Shown here one piece after another: positions 1 through 12,349 of a stretch of DNA of 64,000 nucleotides (its first letter is position 1; each line of letters starts with the position of its first letter). The notes below the pieces were generated by a model. That model did no database searches, was not told where the DNA came from, and was given only the letters and a program-made list of their open reading frames with translations. This DNA is from Octopus vulgaris (lineage: Eukaryota), in the NCBI GenBank assembly GCA_951406725.2, contig OX597831.1, positions 67,022,001 to 67,086,000 of the forward strand. The letters are read 5' to 3'. The position numbers and the translations under genes were made by a program.

Positions 1-1842
1 GAGGCCTGGGCCATTGAGAAGATCAAACTCAATCCCAAAGTGTTCTTTTCATTTGCAAAAAAACACAGAGTCACTGGTTCTACTGTTGGCCCTCTGATTG
101 ATGAAAATGGTATTCTTCAAGACAATGCCAAAACCATGGGAGAAATATTGCAGAAACAATATTGCTCTGTTTTCAGCAATCCTGATATGACTGATCTGGG
201 CTGTATCAGTGATGTTACTCCCCAATACACTTTATCGGACATAACATTTGGCGCTCCTGATGTCTTAGCAGCAATAAAGGAAATGAAGCATAATTCAGCA
301 GTAGGTCCCGATAGGTTCCCTGCTTGTGTCTTGAAGATGTGTCAAAACCAACTTGCACCTCTAGCCAATCTGTGGCGGAACTCATTGGATGCTGGATATA
401 TACCAGAAGACCTTCTATCCCAGTCTGTTGTCCCAGTTTTCAAAAAAGGAAACAAATCGCTTGCCGTGAATTACCGTCCAATCTCACTCACCTCTCATAT
501 CATCAAGGTATTTGAGAGGGTGCTGAGATCGCGTATGACTCACTTCCTTGAGAGTCATAATATGCTGAACCCCAACCAGCATGGATTCCGTAATGGGAGA
601 GATTGCCTGACGCAGCTACTGCATCATTTTGATGACATTTTGAGAGCCTTGGGAGAGGGTTCCAACACTGATGTCATCTACCTTGATTTCAGCAAGGCCT
701 TTGACAGGGTTGATCATAAGATCCTTCTGAGAAAGCTGTCCAATATTGGTGTCACTGGAAAGCTGCTGCAATGGATCAAGTGCTTCCTCTCTAACAGAAC
801 CCAACATGTTGTAGTCGAAGGAGTCAAATCCAGCCCAGCCAAAGTCAGCAGTGGTGTCCCACAAGGCACTGTGTTGGGCCCACTTCTCTTCATCATCTAC
901 ATAAATGATATTACTGACACCATCAAACACAGCAACATCAGAACCTTCGCTGATGATTCCAAGCTCCAGAAGGTCATCAATGGCGTGGATGACCGAATAA
1001 ACCTTCAGTCAGACCTACTAGCTGTTGTCCAATGGGCGGAAAAGAATAACATGTTGCTAAATGAAGACAAATTCGAACTGATCCACTTTGGAAGGGAGGA
1101 CGCTCTGAAACTCCCATACTCTCTTCCTTCTGGAGAAATTCTCATGGCATCCAACAACATCAGAGACCTGGGAGTAACAGTGGACAACAACATAAGCTGG
1201 GCTACACATATAAGCAGCAAAGTTGACATGGCCCGCAGAATGTGTTCCTGGATTCTCAGAACCTTCCAGTCGAGAGATTCCCACGCTATTATCCTTCTCT
1301 TCTCCACTTTTGCCCGACCCCACCTTGAATACTGCTGTCCACTGTGGTCTCCCTACACAAAACAAAATATTATGAGAATTGAAGCTCCCCAAAGGTCAAT
1401 CACAAAAAAGATAGATGGCATGTCAGACCTTGACTACTGGGGTAGACTAGAGAAGCTGAAATTGTATTCACTCCAACGACGCCGTGAACGCTACATTATC
1501 TGTATGATGTGGAAAATATTCCATCAGCACTGTCCGAATGATGTTGGCATCACCTTCAAAATGCATCCAAGGCTTGGACCACGTGCCATCCGTCCACAAC
1601 AAAAATCTAAATCGCATCACATAACGACAATACGGCACAACTATTTCACCTCAATTGGACCCGCTCTCTTCAACATTACACCAGGACACGTCAAAAAAGA
1701 AACTGACCACACAAAATTCAAGAAGTCTTTGGACAAATTCCTTCAAACAGTACCGGACAAACCATCCACACCCGGATATGTCTCCGCAAACAATAACTCT
1801 CTGCTCGAATGGGCCTTGGTGCCCAAATCCTGAACTGAAAGA
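1..1842 (+). mobile_element. CR1-group (Jockey superclade) LINE, ORF2 reverse transcriptase portion (open frame 40-1833); runs off the window 5' edge and lacks the 3' UTR/tail
   Basis: RT motifs NYRPISLTS, QHGFR, YLDFSKAFDRVDH, SGVPQGTVLGPLLF, FADD, RDLGV, RPHLEYC; stop at 1833; similarity to the second copy ends near 1842-1853. Confidence 0.95.
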
Positions 1843-2004
1843 TTGTCCAGGTGAATACAGACCCATCCCCTAATTTTAATTTTATTATCTTCGTTTATTA
1901 TATCTTTAGTCCATTTGTCTGTCTACTGGAAAACAAGCACTCATTCAAGAACTCATTCAAGCACTATAGTGCTTGTTTTATAGACAGACAAATGGATCAT
2001 TGCC

Positions 2005-2005
<1 letters not shown>

Positions 2006-2062
<57 letters not shown>

Positions 2063-2201
2063 GTATATATATATATATATACATATGTGTGTATATATAT
2101 ATATATATACATATGTATATATATATATATATATACATATGTGTATATATATATATATATATACATATATGTATATATATATATATATACACATATGTAT
2201 G

Positions 2202-2256
<55 letters not shown>

Positions 2257-2545
2257 ATATATATGTATATATATATATGTGTGTATATATATGTATATAT
2301 ACATATGTGTGTATATATATGTATATATATACATATGTGTATATATATGTATATATACATATGTGTGTATATATATGTATATATACATATGTGTATATAT
2401 ATATGTATATATACATATGTGTGTATATATATGTATATATACATATGTGTATATATATATGTATATATACATATGTATATGTATATATGTATATATACAT
2501 ATGTGTATGTATATATGTATATATACATATGTGTATATATATATG
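2006..2545. repeat. TA-rich micro/minisatellite (CATATGTGTATATATATATGTATATATA-type units)
   Basis: Directly visible; the same unit continues at 5132-5250 on the other side of the LINE. Confidence 0.95.
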
Positions 2546-5131
2546 TAACTTAACTTAGAATAACTTAGAAAGGTTTTTGGCCAGTATTGGCCCAGGCCAT
2601 GTCTAACTTAATAGCACCACCTGGCGAAGTCTTTCAGTTCAGGATTTGGGCACCAAGGCCCATTCGAGCAGAGAGTTATTGTTTGCGGAGACATATCCGG
2701 GTGTGGATGGTTTGTCCGGTACTGTTTGAAGGAATTTGTCCAAAGACTTCTTGAATTTTGTGTGGTCAGTTTCTTTTTTGACGTGTCCTGGTGTAATGTT
2801 GAAGAGAGCGGGTCCAATTGAGGTGAAATAGTTGTGCCGTATTGTCGTTATGTGATGCGATTTAGATTTTTGTTGTGGACGGATGGCACGTGGTCCAAGC
2901 CTTGGATGCATTTTGAAGGTGATGCCAACATCATTCGGACAGTGCTGATGGAATATTTTCCACATCATACAGATAATGTAGCGTTCACGGCGTCGTTGGA
3001 GTGAATACAATTTCAGCTTCTCTAGTCTACCCCAGTAGTCAAGGTCTGACATGCCATCTATCTTTTTTGTGATTGACCTTTGGGGAGCTTCAATTCTCAT
3101 AATATTTTGTTTTGTGTAGGGAGACCACAGTGGACAGCAGTATTCAAGGTGGGGTCGGGCAAAAGTGGAGAAGAGAAGGATAATAGCGTGGGAATCTCTC
3201 GACTGGAAGGTTCTGAGAATCCAGGAACACATTCTGCGGGCCATGTCAACTTTGCTGCTTATATGTGTAGCCCAGCTTATGTTGTTGTCCACTGTTACTC
3301 CCAGGTCTCTGATGTTGTTGGATGCCATGAGAATTTCTCCAGAAGGAAGAGAGTATGGGAGTTTCAGAGCGTCCTCCCTTCCAAAGTGGATCAGTTCGAA
3401 TTTGTCTTCATTTAGCAACATGTTATTCTTTTCCGCCCATTGGACAACAGCTAGTAGGTCTGACTGAAGGTTTATTCGGTCATCCACGCCATTGATGACC
3501 TTCTGGAGCTTGGAATCATCAGCGAAGGTTCTGATGTTGCTGTGTTTGATGGTGTCAGTAATATCATTTATGTAGATGATGAAGAGAAGTGGGCCCAACA
3601 CAGTGCCTTGTGGGACACCACTGCTGACTTTGGCTGGGCTGGATTTGACTCCTTCGACTACAACATGTTGGGTTCTGTTAGAGAGGAAGCACTTGATCCA
3701 TTGCAGCAGCTTTCCAGTGACACCAATATTGGACAGCTTTCTCAGAAGGATCTTATGATCAACCCTGTCAAAGGCCTTGCTGAAATCAAGGTAGATGACA
3801 TCAGTGTTGGAACCCTCTCCCAAGGCTCTCAAAATGTCATCAAAATGATGCAGTAGCTGCGTCAGGCAATCTCTCCCATTACGGAATCCATGCTGGTTGG
3901 GGTTCAGCATATTATGACTCTCAAGGAAGTGAGTCATACGCGATCTCAGCACCCTCTCAAATACCTTGATGATATGAGAGGTGAGTGAGATTGGACGGTA
4001 ATTCACGGCAAGCGATTTGTTTCCTTTTTTGAAAACTGGGACAACAGACTGGGATAGAAGGTCTTCTGGTATATATCCAGCATCCAATGAGTTCCGCCAC
4101 AGATTGGCTAGAGGGGGTGCAAGTTGGTTTTGACACATCTTCAAGACACAAGCAGGGAACCTATCGGGACCTACTGCTGAATTATGCTTCATTTCCTTTA
4201 TTGCTGCTAAGACATCAGGAGCGCCAAATGTTATGTCCGATAAAGTGTATTGGGGAGTAACATCACTGATACAGCCCAGATCAGTCATATCAGGATTGCT
4301 GAAAACAGAGCAATATTGTTTCTGCAATATTTCTCCCATGGTTTTGGCATTGTCTTGAAGAATACCATTTTCATCAATCAGAGGGCCAACAGTAGAACCA
4401 GTGACTCTGTGTTTTTGCAAATGAAAAGAACACTTTGGGATTGAGTTTGATCTTCTCAATGGCCCAGGCCTCTTCAGCTCTTCGCTGACTATTGATGATA
4501 GACATCATGTTGTTTTGGAGTTTATGTTTTTTAATCTCTAGCGACGAGATGGCAGTCAGGTTGGTGTGTTGCTGTTGACAGTATTTCAGCATGTTGATCT
4601 TTTTGTTGATTCTTTTAATTTTCCTTATGAGAGATTTTCTATTTCTAGGGATTCGACACTTAGATTTGTTTGCAGATCTTAATGGGGTGTGTCTTGCACA
4701 TATGTTCGTGATGGTGTCTACAAGTGACTGCCAGGACTTTTTGATGTTAGTGGGTGTGTATGTGTGCGTGAAGGACCAATCGACTTGTGCAAGATCATTA
4801 TTGATCGCTTCCCAGTTTGCATTGTGGAAATCCATAGTGTCAAATGGATGAACAGGAGGGATGACATTTGTTTTGCATTTTGGCCAGTGAAATCTCAGAT
4901 CACAGAGAACCATGTCATGGTCGGAGAGTAGGGTTTTCTCCACTGCAATATTGTGGATAGTATCAGTGTGATTGCTGAAAATTAAGTCTAAGACGTTTTT
5001 GTGACATCTCGTTGGTTCGAGTACCAGTTGGGACAAGAAGAAGTCATCCATGAAGTCAAGAAGCGATTCCACTGCCTCCCTGTCAGGGGTTGAGAGAGAA
5101 GAACCTGGCGGCAGACTGTTTATAGACCAGT
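2546..5131 (-). mobile_element. CR1-group LINE, 5'-truncated within the APE endonuclease, with RT, 3' UTR and short tandem tail (TTCTAAGTTA)n
   Basis: EN C-terminal motifs (DW..., [19 protein letters not shown]) in frame 4374..5996; RT in 2639..4459; frameshift at an A-run near 4412-4416; tail taacttaacttagaataacttagaa at 2546-2570. Confidence 0.95.
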
Positions 5132-6486
<1,355 letters not shown>

Positions 6487-6655
6487 TAATAGTTATCGCC
6501 ATACTAATATGGCATTCTTATAAAAATAAGAATAAAGCGGTCCGCTTATTAGCTCCATGAGGCCATCGCCTTAAGTTAGCTATTTGATACACAAACTGTA
6601 TCCATATAACCTTCGAACAAGGGAGGTCAGTCGCTCCACACTACTTGACCGGCAG

Positions 6656-6694
6656 CTGCAGACGCATTTCGGGGTATTGCCCTTTTCAATGCAG
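6656..6694 (-). ncRNA. Minimal hammerhead ribozyme motif, degenerate copy 1
   Basis: Minus strand CTGCA TTGAAAA GGG CAATA CCCC GAAA TGCGT C TGCAG; stem III substitution and one fewer G than copies 2 and 3. Confidence 0.5.
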
Positions 6695-7017
6695 CGTAGC
6701 CAGACCAGTAGGTGTCGCTTCTGACAATCTCTGTTCGAAGGTTTTATTTACCTAGCTTCGGTGGAATACATCCACTTGTTTTCAATAATAGAAATATTAA
6801 AATTACTAAGTCTCTCTAAAAGAGAACAACGGCAGTGTTCCCGGAAAATAATAGTTATCGCCATACTAATATGGCATTCTTATAAAAATAAGAATAAAGC
6901 TGTCCGCTTATTAGCTCCATGAGGCCATCGCCTTAAGTTAGCTATTTGATACACAAACTGTATCCATATAACCTTCGAACAAGGGAGGTCAGTCGCTCCA
7001 CACTACTTGACCGGCAG

Positions 7018-7057
7018 CTGCAGACGCGTTTCGGGGTATTGCCCCTTTTCAATGCAG
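7018..7057 (-). ncRNA. Minimal type I hammerhead ribozyme motif (U3-A8 variant), copy 2
   Basis: Minus strand: stem I CTGCA/TGCAG, core TTGAAAA, stem II GGGG-CAATA-CCCC, GAAA, palindromic stem III ACGCGT, GTC cleavage triplet. Confidence 0.75.
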
Positions 7058-7380
7058 CGTAGCCAGACCAGTAGGTGTCGCTTCTGACAATCTCTGTTCG
7101 AAGGTTTTATTTACCTAGCTTCGGTGGAATACATCCACTTGTTTTCAATAATAGAAATATTAAAATTACTAAGTCTCTCTAAAAGAGAACAATGGCAGCG
7201 TTCCCGGAAAATAATAGTTATCGCCATACTAATATGGCATTCTTATAAAAATAAGAATAAAGCTGTCCGCTTATTAGCTCCATGAGGCCATCGCCTTAAG
7301 TTAGCTATTTGATACACAAACTGTATCCATATAACCTTCGAACAAGGGAGGTCAGTCGCTCCACACTACTTGACCGGCAG

Positions 7381-7420
7381 CTGCAGACGCGTTTCGGGGT
7401 ATTGCCCCTTTTCAATGCAG
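7381..7420 (-). ncRNA. Minimal type I hammerhead ribozyme motif (U3-A8 variant), copy 3
   Basis: Same sequence as copy 2: plus strand ctgcagacgcgtttcggggtattgccccttttcaatgcag. Confidence 0.75.
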
Positions 7421-7544
7421 CGTAGCCAGACCAGTAGGTGTTGCTTCTGACAATCTCTGTTCGAAGGTTTTATTTACCTAGCTTCGGTGGAATACATCCA
7501 CTTGTTTTCAATAATAGAAATATTAAAATTACTAAGTCTCTCTA

Positions 7545-7920
7545 GGTTGTGTGTCTGTCTCCTACGATTTAGATTCCTAACTACTCCCGCATTTTGCGGT
7601 GCAGTTTAACCAAAACCCGGTATCTTATAGTCGTGATTCATATCGAGACCGTCTGGGTATTAGAGCGCATTCTACGATGAGTCTACGATTTAAAAAAAAA
7701 TTTACCATCAATTTTTCCCATTTTTAATCCATTTTTGACATATATCAGGGAAGTAACTCTCTAAAATTTATTATTAAATCTCAGAACGTAAAAAGCTACA
7801 GTAACACCCCTCCCCTTTGTGGTTAGCCATATTGAGATGGCTATTATACTTTACATCTCTAAAAATGTTTATATAATTATTTTCCTTACAAACCCGAGCA
7901 ACGCCGGGCGATACTGCTAG
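7545..7920 (+). mobile_element. Non-autonomous Helitron, 3' terminus
   Basis: GC hairpin cccgagcaacgccggg followed by CTAG end at 7917-7920 and a T; body is the reverse complement of 9240-9460 and 10944-11205. Confidence 0.8.
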
Positions 7921-8134
7921 TGTATATATATATATATATATACAAGCCACTACGGTTATTTAATGTAAAGTCTTCCTCAAATCACTCTCGCTATTTACTC
8001 TCTTCCAAGAACATTTTCACTCACTCTTATCTCGCCATACATTTTACTCATGTATCTATCAGCGTGATAGACAGAAACAAATATTACATCGCCATCGCAT
8101 TCTATTGTCTACCTGTCAACACACACACAGTGAA

Positions 8135-8629
8135 TTACTTTCATTTTATTCGTTGCACACTGTGTGTGTGCGTGTGCGTGTGGTGTAAACCACATTAAGA
8201 AAAGCATTTGACATACACACCAGAATGTGAGTTTTCTGTAAATTTTGCTTAATTGGAGTTTAAATTTTAAAAACTGGACCTGGCATGACCCGATGCATTC
8301 TACTCTTAAAAATGCTAGGTAAATTGTAATTGAAGAAATCCTATATTGTAGATTTCTATAACTGACAAAGGGAGGCAGATAAAATCTGCCTTTTATAATA
8401 AGAGTATCAAGTTTTGGGCATTTTGATTGGGTTTTGGATAGAAAATTCACAAAAAAGTCACTTCTATTGATTTTTAATGACTTTGCAGGGTGACTGGGGA
8501 AATGTAAAGATGTGCACGACCACCCTTTGATGGTTTTGAGTGACCATAGAAAGTGCAAGCCCTCTAACTAAAAAACTGTGGATTTGTATAAAGGACACGC
8601 ACACAGACATTTTGCTGTTTATATATAGA
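8135..8629 (-). mobile_element. Helitron 5'-end fragments
   Basis: Shares sequence with 10610-10943 and 11725-12056; minus-strand 5' termini TCTTATTATAAAAGG (about 8403) and TCTATATATAAAC (8629). Confidence 0.6.
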
Positions 8630-9476
8630 CTAGCAGAATTGCCCGGCGTTGCTCGGGGCTGAATAGCTTGAAAGTACTGTTAATGATTGCACTGAATTAT
8701 GATGATTATTCAGGCAAATATTGATATAAGTTTACGGGGGGAGATAAGGACTTAACGATCAAATGTGTGCCATTTCATTGTTTTGGAGGAACCAAATTTC
8801 TGATGAGCATTATAGGGGCACCAACTTTAAGTTTGAGAAAGTGTGGTGGTAGTCCGGGGTGCTCAAAGGAATTGAGTACCTCTATTGGATAGTTGATGAC
8901 GTCCTCTGGGTCAGGAGTTGTATCGATAGACTGATATACATAGACTTCCCCAGGAATGAGTTTTAGCATTTCATCATTAATATGGTGAACAGTTTTATTC
9001 CTCGGGGCCAGTAATAGCCTTTTTGCCAATCCAATCCATATATCCTGATAATTAGCTTGTAGATCTGGGAACACTGCATCTCTGAGATCAGAAGGCGTCT
9101 TAACAATGGTACAAATGGAATCGATGGCAATATTACCATTTTCATCCCCTGGTATTTTGCCTTCGCCAAGTGCAAGGAGGGTGTGAGGAAATGCTGCTGA
9201 TGTGATATTACGTTGCATATGAGCACGCATATTGGTGAAGTTTGAGAGTTACTTCCCTTTATTTAAAGAAATATGCATTAAAATGGAAAAAAATGATGGT
9301 AAATTATTTGTAAAATCGTAGACTCATCGTAGACGTGCGCTAATACCCAGAAGGGCTCGATATGAATCACGACTATAAGATACCCGGTTTTGGTTAAACT
9401 GCATCGCAAAATGTGGGAGTAGTTAGGAATCTAAATCGGAGTAGACAGACACACAACCTTTCTTTTATATATAAAT
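8630..9476 (-). mobile_element. Internally deleted Helitron with PIF1-like helicase fragment (ORF 8775-9230)
   Basis: LLALGEG, LAPRN, YPIEVLNS, PGLPPH.LKLKVGAPIMLIRNL are RepHel helicase motifs; CTAG end at 8630-8633 next to the hairpin cccggcgttgctcggg. Confidence 0.85.
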
Positions 9477-9477
9477 A

Positions 9478-10005
9478 TTTTCGTCCTAAAAAACTTTGTA
9501 TGGATTGAATGGTTACCTCTATGGAAATATATACACGCACATTATACATACATGTGTGTATAGATGAATATATAAATACATTTAAATATCTATATACACT
9601 TTTGGGCGATCTTTCTGTTTCTTAGAGATAACTTTAGATCTTATTTTCGTCCTAAAAAACTTTGTGCGGAGTGAATGGTTATGTCTATGGAAATATATAC
9701 ACACACATTATACATACATCTGTGTATAGATGAATATATAAATACATTTAAATATCTATATACACTTTTGGGCGATCTTTCTGCTACTTGGATATACTTT
9801 AGATCTTATATTCGTCCTAAATAACTTTGTATGGAGTGAAAGGTTACCTCTATGGAAATATATACACACACATTATACATACATCTGTGTATAGATGAAT
9901 ATATAAATACATTTAAATATCTATATACACTTTTGGGCGATCTTTCTGCTACTTGGATATACTTTAGATCTTATATTCGTCCTAAAAAACTTTGTATGAA
10001 TTGAA
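9478..10005. repeat. Tandem repeat, ~165-166 bp x 3.2
   Basis: tcgtcctaa recurs at 9481, 9647, 9812, 9977. Confidence 0.9.
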
Positions 10006-10690
10006 ATTTTTAAGAAAGGAATTTGTTTACATACATGTGTGAAATGGCAAATGTTTGTGCAGTTGTCCGAAATGGAACCAGGGTAAATGTGTGGAACTGA
10101 TGTATTATAATGAATAGTCCTTCTTGTTGTGAATATTAATTTGATTAATATGAACTGAAAACCAGTGGTGTAGCATATAAGACCATAGGTGATCTAGCAA
10201 AAAGGATGACCAGTCTGACTGGCTCATCCTTGTCACACACTCACACACACGCACACACACACACACAGACACACACGCACCCTCACACACACACACACAC
10301 ACGCACGTTAGCTTACAATTTTATTTATATATTTGCGTGTCTATGTGTGTAAAGAGGAAGTGGGAGTAATATGCAGAGTGAAAGAGTGAAATGGTAAAAT
10401 ATTTAGTTTTCTCGAATTTTTTCTGAAATGGGGGTGAAATTGAAAGAAATTTTGTATGCCATGACGGAATGGAAGTACTTTGAAAAATCATAGGTAAACT
10501 CTAATTGAAGAAAATGTGTGAGGAGTAAATCGTTATGTTTTGTTTCTGTTTGCTGTGTTGTTTTTTTTTTGAGTAGTGGTTTAAGGTACACTTCTCTCGT
10601 TTTATATCAATACTTTCACTTTAATCGTTGCACACTTGCAAAGAGAAAGGAGGAGAAATAAGGGTGATAGCATGAGTGAAGCATTTCGCT

Positions 10691-10727
<37 letters not shown>

Positions 10728-11208
10728 AGCCCACACTAAGAAAAGCACTTCACTTACACACCACAATGTGAGTTTTCTCGAAATTTTGCTTAATTGGGGT
10801 GAAATTTGAAAAACCGTACCTGGCACGACCCGATGTATTCTACTCTTAAAAATGCTAGGTAAATTGTAATTGAAGAAATCCTATATTGTAGATTTCTATA
10901 AGAGACAAAGGGAGGCAGATAAAATCTGCCTTTTATAATAAGACTAGCAGTATCGCCCGGCATTGCTCGGGTTGTAAGGGAAATAACTATATAAGCATTT
11001 TTAGAGAGTTATAGCCAAAAAATAGCAAAAAAATGCATTAAAAATTGAAAAAAAATTAAGGTAAATTTTTCTTTAAATCGTTGACACATCGTAGATATTT
11101 TTAGAGAGTTACTTCCCTTATATAAAAGCGAAAAAAATGCATTAAAATGGAAAAATATGGTAATTTTTTTTTAAATCGTAGACGCGCGCTAATACCCAGA
11201 AGGGCTCG

Positions 11209-11452
11209 TTTGTTATTCTGGGTAACTTTCTGTAAAATTATTAAAATTTTGTTCAAACATCGCTATAGAAAATGGGTTATTAGCTAATATTCAATTGGGT
11301 ATACAACAAAATTTTACGATAGAATTTGTTATTCTGGGTAACTTTCTGTAAAATTATTAAAATTTTGTTCAAACATTGCTATAGAAAATGGGTTATTAGC
11401 TAATATTCAATTGGGTATACAACAAAATTTTACGATAGAATTTGTTATTCTG
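11209..11452. repeat. Tandem repeat, ~117 bp x 2
   Basis: tttgttattctg recurs at about 11209, 11324, 11441. Confidence 0.85.
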
Positions 11453-11499
11453 ATACCCATAATAATATTTATGGCAAAATAGGCCTTAATTTCATTTAA

Positions 11500-11720
11500 G
11501 GTTGTGGGAAATAACAAACTATCCTTTCTTTCGGTTTGTTTACGTTTAGCGTAATGATTTCAAATAGGCTCATTCGAAAAAGTAAATAGAAATAGTCTAA
11601 GGCTTTACTCTTCTGGGAATGTCTGTGGCTTGGTCCAGTTTCTTCAGAAAACTCACCGAAAGAAACAGTTTTTAAATTTTCACTCCATTCAGGTACCAAT
11701 TCGTTTTCTTTATCGCTGTC
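11500..11720 (-). pseudogene. Possible piggyBac (PGBD-like) transposase N-terminal fragment
   Basis: FSEETGP...ALDYFYLLFRMSLFEII resembles the F..TGP....PLDYF.LFF..L...I segment preceding the piggyBac catalytic region; short, recognised by eye only. Confidence 0.35.
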
Positions 11721-12349
11721 GGATTCACTGTTTTCACTTTAATAGCTGCAAACTTGCAAAGACAAAGGAGGAGAAGGGTGATAGCGTCAGTGAAACAATT
11801 CGCTCCCTTTGTGTGTGTGTGCGTTTGCGTGTGGTGTTACCAGACTAAGAAAAGCATTTGACACACACACCAGAATGTGAGTTTTCTGTAAATTTTGCTT
11901 AATTGGAGTTTAAATTTTAAAAACTGGACCTGGCATGACGCGATGCATTGTACTCTTAAAAATGCTAGGTAAATTGTAATTGAAGAAATCCTATATTGTA
12001 GATTTGTATAACTCCCAAAGGGAGGCAGATAAAATCTGCCTTTTATAATAAGAGATATATATATATATACATACACTTCCATATACACGAGTTAATGTAC
12101 TTCTTTTTTTTTAATTACTATATATATATATATTTTTACAACATACAAATATACACAATTCTATACATATATCTATCTAGAAAAAAATTAAGTTTATACA
12201 TTAATTAATTCAAAAATAAAAGGTTATAAAATAATTTAACATAATTTATTAATTAATAATGTATAAATTCAGGGGAGATAACTATTTTAGTATTTATTGC
12301 ATCAGAAACGAAAAACAAACTACATAAAAATAAAAAATTCATTTATATT

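Larger units (their letters stand above)
6487..7544 (-). repeat. Tandem array of ~363-bp monomers (2.9 copies), retrozyme/Penelope pLTR-like
   Basis: Monomers start taatagttatcgcc at 6487, 6849, 7212; near-identical; each has a hammerhead-like motif on the minus strand. Confidence 0.9.
10605..12056 (-). mobile_element. Nested/tandem non-autonomous Helitron pieces
   Basis: 5' TC termini at about 10943 and 12055; CTAG plus hairpin 3' end at 10944-10971; shared bodies. Confidence 0.7.

Noticed and set aside
6487-7544. CRISPR-like array
   Set aside because: Whole 363-bp monomers repeat with no unique spacers; eukaryotic context and no cas genes
8775-9230. Host PIF1 helicase gene
   Set aside because: Fragmentary and bounded by Helitron termini
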